The notes under the pieces were generated by a model. It searched no databases and was not told the DNA's origin. It worked only from the letters and a program-made list of their open reading frames with translations. From Zygnema circumcarinatum SAG 698-1b (Eukaryota > Plantae > Zygnematophyceae), in the NCBI GenBank assembly GCA_037447605.1, contig CM074810.1, forward strand, positions 1,956,880-2,020,879: a DNA stretch of 64,000 nucleotides, read 5' to 3'. Shown one piece after another: positions 47,297-59,621 of this stretch (positions are counted from its first letter, which is position 1; every line of letters starts with the position of its first letter). The position numbers and the translations under genes are program-made.

Positions 47297-48493
47297 GGAT
47301 AGCGGGAGAAGGAGAGAGGGGGAGAGGGGGAGAAGGGGAGGAGGAAAGGGGAGAGAGGGGGAGAGGGGAGAGAGGGGGATAGGGGGAGAAGGAGAGAGGG
47401 GGAGAGGAGGAGAAGGAGAGGGGGGAAGGGGAGAGTGGGGGAGAGGGCGAGGGGGAGAGGGCGAGGGGGAGAGGGAAGAGGGGACGGAAATCAAGAAAAT
47501 ATGTAATTGACCAACACAGTGGAATAAGGAAAGGAAAAAGTGTGATCGAACTTAAAAGATAAAAAAAATAATTAAACTAAGATTAAATGTATAAGAATGC
47601 ACAATTTAAATAGAGAGGGAGGGAGACAGAGTGAGGAAGAGAGGCGAATTGAAGCAATTAAAGGGGACTTAAGTTAGCCTTCACTAGCCTTACCACCACC
47701 ATGGCTGCAGCCTCCTTCGCCGTCCACCTTTCTTCCCGAGAAACCCCCTCCTTCATCCCGCCATGGCTGCCGCCCTCCTTCTCTCTCCCCCGCCATGGCT
47801 GCAAGCAAGCAACTTCCTCACCACCTCCCTTCCCACGCCACTTTCGTCCCCTCGGCCTTTCCGGTCGTACGGCCGCCAGAGTGTTGAAATGGGGTGCCAG
47901 AAACTGTACGAATGACAGCTTCCGTCGGGTCCAGTGGTTCCGTACATCTCCACAAAACACATCGACGGTCGACCTTGCCCGACGGCCGGTGCGGAATTCC
48001 ATTTCGTACAACCGCCGTAAGTCGGTGCGGCCGTACGACGACGATCGGCGCACATTCGTTCCTGAGTGTGAGCTCCTATTGGCCAAGAAAGGTGACCTGG
48101 CGGCCTGTCACTGGCGGGAATACTTGTTGGAGGACTTCAGAGGACCGGATTGACAAAATGACTTTGTCGCGACCCATGGGGACTTTTGTTCCATGCATTC
48201 AGCAGTGCGTTCGTACATTCTGCTTTTGGCGTGACAAGTTGTCGGTTGCTTTTTCACTTTGGATTTGCGAAAGTGACAATGTCAGGTACGGTCTGGTAGT
48301 TCGATACGACAAAAGCCGTATATTTGAATTACGTCAGATGAAGCCTGTGATGGCGTCATAGCGTGCCGTACGGCTAGCTCGTCAAGGTGGCGCAGGGCGG
48401 CCGTCGTGGGACGCTCTGACTGACTGTGTAGCTGACTGGCCTAATTGATCAGTGTACGAATGACCAGTGGCCCGTGGCCGACCGGGCGATCGG

Positions 48494-48649
48494 TACAGTC
48501 TACGTCGCGTTATAGTGACCGCGGTCCTCACATATTTGTGTCACTATATCCGTAATGGCGCAGGATTTGCAGTGGTGCAATTCCGTTCCCCGAAAAAACG
48601 TTAGTATATCCATTTTGTTATTATAAACACTGTCACTATAACGCGACTA
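48494..48649. mobile_element. Small degenerate TIR element (pogo/Tigger-like MITE remnant)
   Basis: 16-bp inverted repeat GTCGCGTTATAGTGAC (48504-48519) / GTCACTATAACGCGAC (48632-48647). The left side is preceded by TACAGTC; there is a partial internal copy at ~48540. Confidence 0.55.
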
Positions 48650-48782
48650 TAGCTCATTTAAAGATGTCGATTTGGCAGGTGCGACAATCGTTTGTTTGGT
48701 ATTTCTGGTGAAATCCCTTAAATCAATCTCAAACTCTCCCGTGAACAAGCTATTTACGATATTTAGGCGTTTTCCCGTATTA

Positions 48783-49360
48783 GGGGGGGTCAGACCTTGA
48801 CCATCGCTTACGAAATTCAAAGATTCCCTATACGGAAAGGTATTGATTTCGTTTCCAGGTTTCGGATCGGAAGCCGCGGCTCCCCCGAACCTGTCCTGTC
48901 CCGTCCGTACTACGGAATAGGTTACAAAAATGCCCCCAAATTTCCGAAATCCGACGAAATCCGCTCGCCGAAACGCAGGGCCTCCGGAGGCCCTGCGTTT
49001 CGAAATTCCAGCTTTCCGCCGATGAGGAATCGTGCCCCGCCTTGTCGCCATGCGCGTCACGCACGTGCGAGCGCCTCTCGCACGTGTGAGACGCGCGTGG
49101 CGACAAAACGGAGGGCGGCGGGCGGCGGGCGGCGGGCGGCGGGCGGCGGGCGGCGGGCGGCGGAGGGAGCGCGGCGGGGCGAAAAGGGGGGGGTCAGACC
49201 TGGCTCGGAGATACGAAGGTAAAACAATTATTTTCTTGAATTCGCGGCGCCCGAACCTGCCGAACGGCCACTTTTTGCGAAAAAGGCCTGCCGTACACGG
49301 CGGAATAGGCCCGACGGGCTTACGAAATTGGTTTGGCGATGGTCAAGGTCTGACCCCCCC
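48783..49360. mobile_element. Non-autonomous DNA transposon (MITE), 578 bp, perfect 25-bp TIRs
   Basis: GGGGGGGTCAGACCTTGACCATCGC (48783-48807) and its exact reverse complement (49336-49360), flanked by TA on both sides. An ATT TSD is the alternative reading if the TIR includes the terminal A/T. Confidence 0.9.
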
Positions 49361-50679
49361 TATTTGAAAGAGGCCGTACATTGACCCGTACGAATGATTG
49401 CTGAACGCGTGGCCGACAGCCACGTGGCAAGCGGTCGCACATCGTCCTTCAGGTGCGTACGCGACCAGATCTCGCGATCTGGCTTCCGCTAGAATTGGTA
49501 CACCTCTCCGCTCGATGGATAAAAATGGAATTACTGATTTGTACATTGGATACGAACAGACGAGGTAGGGCAAATCTCAGGGAGGGCGATACTGGTGCCG
49601 GTCGAACCCCAATGATTGCTGCTTCGATAACGACAAATTCTGAGTCTTAGCAGGCATAACGGACAAATCTGGTCGACAAATATTGATTGCCACTGACTAG
49701 CGCGGCGCGCGCTGGCGGCACCCCTGTCGCTGACCGGCTGAATCTGCCACGTGGCCCTGCTTGATTGACGGATGGCACCCTACGCGGACCACCGTGTCGT
49801 TAAGAAACATCCGTGCAGATAAATTTTCACGCCACGTGGCGGCCATAAGGCCTCGGCACGTAGAAATCGTCGTAGCACTGACGAAATGGTTGCCGTAAAC
49901 CTTAAATCGGAAAGAGTACCGTACTGCGATCCCGCGAGTACGGTACTCCCTTTAAACTTACCTGTGCACAAGTCCCGAAACCGAAAGTGGTCGATTCGTG
50001 ACTACTCTCATCACGAAGCGACTATGTACATGGACATGGACATCCGGGAGCGGCGCGCGGACACGGCCGGGGAGTGGGGGAGGAGACAGAGAGAGCCCAT
50101 GGCCATGGGGGGAGGGGGGGAGGGAGGGAGGGAGGCGGGTGGGAGGGAGGGAGGGAGGGGGAAAGGGAGCGTGAGAGAAGGTCGGGGGAAGAAGGCAGAA
50201 TGGTGGGGATATCGAGGAAAGGATCAATGGAAAGCAAGATGATGAGGCAGGGAGTGGGAGGCGAGGAGTAAGAGGGGGAGACAGAGATGGGATGGAGAGC
50301 AAGGAGGTTGGCCGCAGGCTGTCTGCCATTGCCGCAATGTTAGTGTTGGAGTCTTTCGTCGGAGTGAACTGCCGTTTGTAAATATCTCCACTCGGCGGAC
50401 AGTGCTGTTGAGCATTGCTTTGCGGATGTTGCGTCAACATTGAACTTAAGTGAGCCGAACGCTGCGAACATTGCACATACTTTGTGTTTTTATCATTACT
50501 TATTCCTTAAGGTTTATTATTTCTCACTTAATCGGATTCAGTTTGGTAGTGAGAATCTGGGCTCATTTTTGCGCAGGTGCATATCCCAAACCACCCGTTA
50601 GCTGATGACGGCAGAAAGACGTCATATGGTTGCCAAGTTCCACAAAAGGAAAAGGGACCCAAGTTCCCGTCCAACCGCC

Positions 50680-50722
50680 AGTCAGTCAGTCAGTCAGTCA
50701 GTCAGTCAGTCAGTCAGTCAGT
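50680..50722. repeat. (GTCA)n tetranucleotide microsatellite
   Basis: About 10 perfect units. Confidence 0.95.
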
Positions 50723-50853
50723 CTCCCTTACAGCGGTCTGCACAACAAAAGTGCACAACGACACAACGACAAACCCTAACTAATCTCGCCCCACTCCTCC
50801 TCCACAGTTGTATCTTGTCACAAACGTCCGACCGAATCTCCGCTTTCGAATTC

Positions 50854-53571
50854 TTATGCTTTCAACATGTGAGCGTAATTCTTTATAACTTTCATCATTT
50901 CACAGCCCGGAAACCGTCCTAAACACCCTCTCGCAGCCGCGATTTCCGTAAACTCTGCAACCGTGTCTCCAGCTACCGCCGTTCTCCTCTCTCCTCTCTC
51001 CTCCCTCCCATCCTCCTCCTCCTCCTCCTCCCTCCCCTCCTGCACTTCATGCTGCGGCAAAGGGAAGGGATCCAAACTCGTGGACGAGATAACATCGTCT
51101 CCTCCGCAAGCTTGCACATAATCAGCCAAATGGCAGATGCTGAATGGCACGGGCTCATATGAATGGTCCCCATAGAGGACGGGAGTGGAGTGGTCTCCCG
51201 TTACGCACAACAGATAACGGGCTGCACCTTCCTTCTCCATCAGCCATAGACAGTGCGCCAGCTGTCCCAACATTTTGTCGACAGCTTCGAGGCCATGAAC
51301 TTTCAACATCACCGCTTTGTCGTGGCCTGCATCATCGATAGCCTGCTGACATCACCCGAGAACATAACTCAGTAATCCTCGAAAGCAAAGACGAGAAACA
51401 ACACCACATCAAGGGAGGAAATTTGAGGGGGAAGGGGGAGAGGGGTTGCTGTTTAGCAGTTTGGAGTTGAAGGCTCTTTATGGACTTCAAATTTGTTGAA
51501 ATCTGATTCAAAACAGTAAACAAGAAAGCTTTCAAGTTTGACCTTAATGTGAAGAAACCCGAAATCGTAGCCATCCTCGGGTCCCGGCCGCGAGTCCTCT
51601 TCTCCGGGAACCATGATGTTGGGAGGGCGCGCTCTTGGAGCTCCGAGAGCGGCGGCTATGGCGGCCGCCTTCGAGGTGAGGAGGGTGCGGTAGTCGCCCG
51701 TGGCTCCGGGAGCTTCCAGAATGTCCACTCCCAGAGAGAGGCCGAGCCCCGCTATGATCTTTGTGGGGGCCACCATGCATGCTTTCAAGCCATGGATGCG
51801 CTCGAAAGAAGGCACCTGGGGGGGGGGACGGAGATAAACGTTAACAATAGATTTTATTCTGTTGGTGGACGAGGGGACAAGGGTGGGAGGGGGGGGGGGG
51901 CGGGAGAGACAAGGGAGAGTGCAAGATTAGTCAAAATCAGAACGAGAACGTGCCACTTAGATTTTGTAGACGTACGAGGAATGAACAGCCGAGTGAAGGT
52001 TCACAACATCACTTTTCACATAACCTCCTTGCAGTTTTCTCGAGTTCTTTTGCACGATTTGGGGCCTGCAATTCTACTCTTCCTTGAGTCTCTGTTACAT
52101 TCTCACCTCAATTCGTATCCCACAACCTCGCAGCAGCACCACGTTGGCCAGCCCCTTTCCCTGTGCCTTACGTTCCGCGTTCAGTGGATGCTCCCGTAGA
52201 GTCTTACGGATAGCGTCAGACAGAGCGTTGACCACATCCGCTGTGTGCTTTGCTTCAGAGGAGTCGTCCAAGGGACTCGCCCGGGGGAGGGGGAGGTGGT
52301 CCTTGAGAGGATCTGTGCCGGAAATTGCTCCGCTCAGTCGTGGACCACGGACCACTACGCCACAACGGTGCTCTGTTGCATACCTGCAGCTCAGTTCCGT
52401 AGTGCGTGAGCAAGCCCTAAAGGGGTATGTCGATCAGCCTGCTTCGTTTTCCGGACAGTTAAGTCCAACCCTAATTCCGCTTGATGCATTTTGGCTTCCA
52501 AGAGAAATTATTGAGTGAAAGGGTGAGGAGTTCTGACAACATTCTGTTTTGAATCGAACATGGTTAGCTTCTTGTAACTGACCTTACACTCACTTCATAC
52601 TCGGGAAACCCGGGGATCTGTAAAGCGTTGAGAGCAGCGCATAGAATCGGCCCTTCACGTTCAAACTGTCGGTCAGCTCTTCGCTTCAATACTTTTCCCG
52701 TCTCATCATCGATCGTTGCGAAATTGCTCTGCAGAGAGAGACAAATATGCCGGCAAAAGGAACACTTTAGAATGGAGGCAATAACATGTTCAATACGTGA
52801 GATTATGCTATTCGCGCTCTCAAGTCAAAACTCTTCGCATAGAAATCGCTAGCAGTGAAGAAAAAACTTGTGAGATGCAAATCCTCAATATAGATATTCT
52901 GCACTGTTTCACCAATACCACCTTGAAAGCAATGTCGCCGGGAGCCATAGGAATGCCTGCACCCATCGACTCAAACGCTCCGCGGCCGCGATAGTAAATG
53001 CGCGGATTGTATCCAAGGAGAGATAAGTGAGCTGTGTCACTGCAAGCACAGAGCAAAGGTTTGAACGGCTGCAGTGTTGTCCTCTCTCAGACCTTGAACA
53101 ACATAAAGCCAACCAAGAATGGAACAACTGGAATGCTATGCCATGCCAGGTATTGGCTACATTATCACGCTGCGTTGCAGTGGCTGCAAAACTCTACCAC
53201 CATTTCCTGTCCGTGAGGGAAAAAAAGAATGAGGGGGAAGAGAAGAGGAGACAGATAAATTTGAAAAACTTGGGGGTCGGCCACAGGACTGCTATCAAGC
53301 ACGTCGAATTTGAAGGCAGCAATTTTTTAGCTAGAATATGCTGACTAACCTGAGCAAAATTTAAAGACACACCAATACTCAGATTTGAATACCTGCCGCA
53401 TGCAAGGCCCGGCTCGACAGGATCCATGAGGCCATTGACTCCCGCAGCAGCAATCGCATCAAAGTGAGGGAGAGTGGCGGCTTGAAGAGGAGTTCGGTTC
53501 CGCAGTTTGGGAATTGACACGTCTCCAATGCCATCCACAAGCACAAACGCTATCCGGACAGGAGGCGCCAT
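50854..53571 (-). CDS. Archaeal-type cofactor-independent phosphoglycerate mutase (ApgM-like, alkaline phosphatase superfamily), 6 exons
   Basis: FVLVDGIGD, GLACGSDTAHLSLLGY (catalytic Ser), YRGRGAFE, YATEHRCGVV, FGFLHIKAIDDAGHDK, VTGDHSTP, GDHSYEPVP. Confidence 0.93.
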
Positions 53572-53864
53572 GGCTCACTCACTGTCAGGGAAAGACCATT
53601 TATAGGAAAGAAAGGCTCATTTTCCTCCTTAAAAACTCTTCCAAAGCGATACAGAGACCTTGCCGACGAAGGCGAGGCGCGAGGCGAAGCCCTTATTGCA
53701 CAGTTTCTTCTCTAAACGTGAGGATATCCTAGGTCTTGGAGAGGGAGAGCTCTCTCACCTCCGCTGAACAGCACTTCTCAGAATTTTCACGAAACACCAA
53801 GTTTCTGTTCCTTCCTTTCGCACAGTGGTAAAAAATTCACTCCTGCTTTAAGCCAATAAATGCT

Positions 53865-54380
53865 TTAGAGTAGCAAAAGAATTACTCCGAGCAATACAGC
53901 TGCTATGAAAGTGTACTTTATCGCTGCCAGTACAAGCGAAAGCGCCACTAAAGTAAGCTGCGCTATGATTGTGATCAGCCCCACCCCTAGCAGCGCAGCG
54001 AGAAGGATAGCAAAGAAATTTTCTGGATTGGGGTCAGCCCAGCCAATCGGAAGGGGGAACAGAGGGAAATTTAGGGCTGAGTCAGTGTCATCTTCAAGAG
54101 ATTCTTGCTCTTCATTTAGGCCTTCTTGGAAGGTATCAGAAGCAGCAGGGTCTCCCAGACTCCTGCATGCCCTTTTGATTTTCTGGCTTTGAAAAGTAAA
54201 GGGGGATTTAGAGCGGAGAATGCATGCAATGTGTTTGTCCTTCGGACGAATATGATGATGGATGCTGTGCGTTTGACGAAGACTAAGAGTCAACTTTTCA
54301 GAATGAGAGCCTGGCGGAAGGGCCGATGGATGGGGAAGGATGCGACATGGACATGGAGAATGGGCTCTGAGGGCGACCAT
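53865..54380 (-). CDS. Intronless small membrane protein (171 aa), transit-peptide-like N-terminus, hydrophobic C-terminus
   Basis: ATG at 54380 preceded by a CT-rich leader. Ser/Arg/His-rich N-terminus, acidic linker, then ENFFAILLAALLGVGLITIIAQLTLVALSLVLAAIKYTFIAAVLLGVILLLL. Confidence 0.7.
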   Translation of the reverse strand: MVALRAHSPCPCRILPHPSALPPGSHSEKLTLSLRQTHSIHHHIRPKDKHIACILRSKSPFTFQSQKIKRACRSLGDPAASDTFQEGLNEEQESLEDDTDSALNFPLFPLPIGWADPNPENFFAILLAALLGVGLITIIAQLTLVALSLVLAAIKYTFIAAVLLGVILLLL

Positions 54381-54600
54381 GGGTGTGCGGGAGGGCGAGA
54401 TGTAGGGCCGCGAGAGAGACAGAGAGAGAGGGGGAGGGAGGTGGACGGTCCATGACGACTGCATTGCCATTTCCAGTAATACAGCGCCCGGTGCTGGTTG
54501 GCACGGAATGGGCCTCTGTTCCATGCACCGCCATGGCCGCCGTTCTACCGCACTCTGTAATCTGACGCCATAGAAAGACCACCTTGCTTTCTTGGAAAAG

Positions 54601-54630
54601 GATGTGGCATTGATCTCACGATGCCACATC
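54601..54630 (+). repeat. Dispersed intergenic element, partial copy E (hairpin only)
   Basis: GATGTGGCAT-TGATCTCACG-ATGCCACATC: a perfect 10-bp stem around the family's TGATCTCACG motif. Confidence 0.7.
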
Positions 54631-54983
54631 CTCCTTTCTTTCAGTGATGACATGAAAGCCGCCAGCTTTCCCAAATTGACGTCGTCTCGGTATGACTTGT
54701 GCGTGTTGGCGACATTACTCATACAACTTGAAGTCTTTCAAGTTTCGCAGCTAAAGAAGAAGGGAAGTGGGAACTGTGAGGGACCGAAGTTGGTTTGCAA
54801 TCTGCCCTTTGCGGTTTACAAACTTCACTAAACAAATCGCTCCTCTTGCCCAGGTTGCTCGGGATAGATGCAGACCCAACCCACTTGTCGTCGAGAAAGC
54901 CCCACAAGATCAAGCAAAACGATTCAAGGTATCCGAACATTGTTTATTTATATAAACAAAGAATGAATAACGAATGCTGACGG

Positions 54984-57900
54984 TTAGTCCAAAACAATAG
55001 GATTGCTTGAATTCCCTTCGCAGTGTACCCCCCTCCCTCCCCCTCCCTCCTCTCCTCCACCTTCCTCTCTCGGCGGGGCCTTCTCTGCTCTTGGCTCCTC
55101 TGCATGCAGCGCACTCGAAGGTCCCTCTAGAGAAGGCTCCGCCCCCCTCCCTTCACTCGGACCGCCCTCTCCCGCATTGCTTTCTGCTGCCTTCTCTCCG
55201 CCCGGCGAGGACAGCACGCCCATTTCCGTGAGTCGGGCCTGCTTAGAGGTTCGACGGAACGGCTCATGGAAAGCGTCATAGAGTCGTTTTACCTGCACAA
55301 GCACACACACTACTAAGAGGGCTCGCCTTCTTGCTCCAATGATGCTTTGGTTTGCAAGCTTCTCGCATGCCTTCCATTCCCTCTCTCTCTCTCTCCCTCT
55401 CACTCTTTCGCCCTCTTCCTGATTGCCTCCCCTCCTAACTGCGCTCCCAGTGCAACTCTGTGAATAATCACATACTACTGAGAAAACATTCAGGTCTAAG
55501 ACAAATGATATTAAGTGGGCCTGCTATCAACCTTTCGCTCGCCGATTCCGGGACACTGCGCCAGCTCCTCCATGGACGCCCCAATAATTCCAGCAAGTGT
55601 CTGTTCAGCACAGCCCAAGTTCCCATCATTAAAGTACAGTTCAGCTCAGCTCAGTTTCAGTACAGTTCAGTTCAGCATATGGGCTCATAAAAATCCATAA
55701 AAACCTCAAGCGTCCTACAAACGGCCGAAAGCAAGGAATGCTTCGAGACTCCGAAGCTCGTGGCTTCGCTTCAAAAATCACAATGGCGATGCTGAGAAGT
55801 TAAGCTTACCCCAAAATTGGCCCCAAGTGTCAACACGTCCGTTTTGTTCACGTGGCGGACAGTTGTGAGAGCATTTGTCAGCTGCAATAAAAGGAATAAA
55901 AAATAAACTATGATCAGAAGAAAGATTGTAAGGAAGTTCAATATCTTGGCTTCGTAACCATAATGAACACCATCCCTTTAGCATGAAATATAAGGGACAA
56001 AGTGTATGGTATATAATCCTGTACCCGAGACAAGTAATCGTTGTCGATCCGCTCTTGAAGGATGTCACTTGGTTTATTCTCATATGTTTTCAAAGTCTCG
56101 AGATATCGTGCACATTCCTCCACACTGTACACATAGTTTCAGCTCCACAATTTAGTGGGCAGATAGAGGCTTTTGAATTTCAGCTTTTTCGATTTGCTTA
56201 ACTAATGGGACATCAGGGTCTAAAAACCTGTGCTATTAACCAGTTTCCTTCAAATCTGAGGTCTATTGCATTTTCGAAATCGTAGAATTTCAGGTTCTAT
56301 AAGGGAGAAGCATCTCAGGTTTTCACGGTTGAAGCCTAACCTCCAAGCACAGAACAGAGTGCAGTTGTTCAACAGAGCCGTTTTGGTCACTTCATGGAGC
56401 GGTTTTATCACATCCTCCTGCCAAAAAAAAACACAACGAAGAAAGAGGGGCTCAAGAAGGACATACAGCAACATGCTTTTCCTCACTAAGGAAAAAACGT
56501 TCAAAATATTTCCTATTTGCAGTACTGGGCCTTATGAGTGCATAAATTTACAGACCACGTCAACGTGGCAAAGAACCACTCGCAGTCGAAAGCTTCTTTG
56601 GAGTTCTCTGATCCGAAAAAAGAGGTACTCCGGGTGAAGCAGATGATACCGTAAACTTCTCAATCGAACCCCCTCCCCCCCCGGGAACAAAAGCAGCATT
56701 TGAAAAATAAATGACAATTAAAAATAACTCATAATTCGACGACGTCCATCCACTTGGTGAATACATGCAGATGAAAAATATGAAGTCTGTTTAAAAAGAA
56801 TAGAATCTGTCAATTTGCGTGTTTGCAGCACAACAAACGGTGGCACTAGACCATAAACATCTCGGTCGTAATCGGCTGAAGCAGGGAGGGGGGAGTGGGG
56901 GGGGGAAGAGAGTGTGAGAGAGCAAATAAAGCGAGGGGGGGAAAACAGAACAGATGTATGAGACGGGAAGAGAGTAAATAGAGGGCGAGAGGGGGAGGAA
57001 AGGTGGGAGGGGCAGGACAGGACGGGCAGGGACAGCGAGTGAGGGAGAGGGGTGTGAAAGAGACCGTGGGGTGTGTGGAAGAGCAAGAGGAGAGCGTGCA
57101 AAGAAAGGAGTGCGAGAGGCAAGAGAGAGAGGAGGGACGAAGAGAGAGAGAGAGAGTGAGAGACACAAAGTAAGATGATACCTTAGATAAAGTGCGCATG
57201 TGGTGGCCCCCAAAAGATAGTCCGGCACAACATCGCCAAAGACCCACCGCACGTTCCGAATATGTTTGAGCACAGGATTCCCTTGCTGGAAAACACTCAA
57301 AAGCCACCAAATCAAGAATCACACTATTTAGCAAAAAAAAAAAAAAAGGGGGAAAGGAAAAGAAAGGTATGCATGTGTGCATGTCCACTGTTAATGATTG
57401 AAGCACCCAAAGAATAGAATTAGAATACATGGCGGTAATCTAGCAGCGCTTGACAGAGGAAGGAAAGCATACCTGCCTTCTGCTCACAATGATGGAATTT
57501 CGAACTTGGTTGGCTGACAAGCCGGGAACGCTTACATTGCTGGACGGGGAAAACCCGGAAAAACATTGCTTCAAAATAAGATTCCAAAATGATTGTAAGC
57601 CAGAACATGCTATTCCCAGCTTTATAATAGATCTCAAAGGGTCCAGGAAACCTAGCTTTCGTTCTAAAGCTTTGCCTATTCGAACAACAAATGCGACACC
57701 TTCAAGCTTTAAGGCAAAATAAATTGAGCTAAAGTACAAGGGAAGAGGAAAGGGCAGGAGAGAGATTTGAAAAACGAAAGCACGACAGGAAGCACGTTAT
57801 AGAAAAGAAGCTCTAACAAAGTAAGCGTACTTTAGATTGGTAGTCAAAGGTGGCGTTGATCCCTCTTTCTCTCTCTCCTCCACCTCCCTCCCTCTCTCCC

Positions 57901-58228
57901 CCTGTGCTGATGATGCAGGTGCCTGCGAATAAAATTTGCTGTTTCGTAGAGTTTGAAAAGCTTCTCCAAAAGACAATTCTCCGCTGTGAGACGAAGATTT
58001 CTTCTGAATTGTGAGAGGCGGTGTTGATGGTGGAACAGAGGCGACATTTTCTGGGGGCAAGACTTTCCGTTGTGTAACAGAATTGTTGTTTGAGGTTGAA
58101 GAAGATCCAAACATATTGCTTGAGGGAGGGAAGAGATTTATGGCGCGATTGGGTCTATTAAATTCCATAACTTCAGAAAATGAGGGAATGTGAACCATCG
58201 GACGTTTGGAAGGCTCCCCATTCTCCAT
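54984..58228 (-). CDS. ERCC1: DNA excision repair protein ERCC1, 9 coding exons
   Basis: [102 protein letters not shown] (HhH). A 5' UTR exon probably lies near 59090. Confidence 0.96.
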
Positions 58229-59621
58229 GATTCGGCTACTTGACAAAAGCAAATAAAAAAAGCACACACACACCCACACCCTCATGAAGAACGTCAAGTT
58301 GGCAGCGATAAGCATTCGGCAAAAGCTTAAGGAAAGTTGAATCATAAAACATTGACAAAGATGGAAGAAAAAAAATCAAAAAGAATCGGATGTTGACTTA
58401 ATGAGTGCGTGCATGTCAGCGTCGAACTATACAAAAGAATAATACAGAAACTACCAACATCTGCCGAAATAGCTACAGAAAATTCAAAGAATTGTAAAGA
58501 AGAAACAGGAAATAATTAAGATTTTCCAAAAAATGGTGAGGAATCCTAGCGATCATGCATGCGCGGCCTACGGACCCTACAGCACTCTGAATCCTAGGAA
58601 ATTCTTCAGCACGAGTGAAGCCCATATGACCCAAGGTCTGAAACTTCTCGGGTAACTAATTGGAATAGAATGCTTAAATTAAGCTAAAACTGATGTTCGA
58701 CGGGTATGCTGCTCACAAATTCCAAACAATTTTTTTTGTGATAGCACTCTTCTTGCAGTGTTTAAAGTTTCACATTGCAGCGTTATGTGATTCTATGATG
58801 CTGTTACAGTAGTTTCCCTCCCCCCTCCTCCTCTCACCTTCTCCCTCACCTTTCACTCTCCCCCACTCATTTTTGTTTTTGCATCTCCCGCTTCCTATCG
58901 CTTTCTCTCTATCTTTCCCGCTGCCGTTCTTCTCCCTCTCCCTCTAAATAGCTACCCTGCTCCTTCCTCCTCTCCCACTCGTAACACACCCCCGGAAACA
59001 TTGAATCTTCGAATTTCCCAGACGCGTATGGAATCAATCAGTAAGCATATCAGACAGCTAATGCAACACCATCTGAAATTCTGTCACATACCGCTTCTGC
59101 TTTCTGGAGACTCCTCGCCTCTCCTATCCTGCAGCCCCGCGCAGTTCACAGCTGTTAACTTTGCATCCTCTGCTTAAGGGGGTCCTGCATATCGTGACCA
59201 TATTTCGATATTTCGATAATTCCAATTCGATACACCATATATTCACGATTCCAAGATTGTATCCAGGCGATATGGTACGGAAATAGTATCGTGCTGAATC
59301 GTATCGCGATGTATTGCAGTTTTTGTTTTCGTTTGGCAAATTTCTGACTTCTGATTTCTGAATTTCTTTCTTTCTGACTTTTCTGACTTGGTCGCCCAGT
59401 TCTTGTTAGACATCAAATAGGTGGCGGTGATATGCCACGTTTTTGTGGAACCAAGATGAGCCTGCCTCATGTCATCACTTTTCTGACGGGTGCCATTTTC
59501 TTTTTTCTTTAGTTCAAAGTGATCGAATGGTCTAATCTTTAGGGGGAACATGCAACTGAGCCAGTCACTTTTCAGTTGCAAGTCAGCAGCAACTGGCCAC
59601 CATGAACTTAGAAACATGGGA

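Noticed and set aside
50854-53571. Archaeal-type iPGAM as a novelty
   Set aside because: This family is already known in plants; the gene is ordinary and intron-containing.
54381-54722. Upstream extension of the 285-aa ORF
   Set aside because: Non-ATG start; runs through a CT leader and the repeat hairpin. ATG 54380 is the more plausible start.
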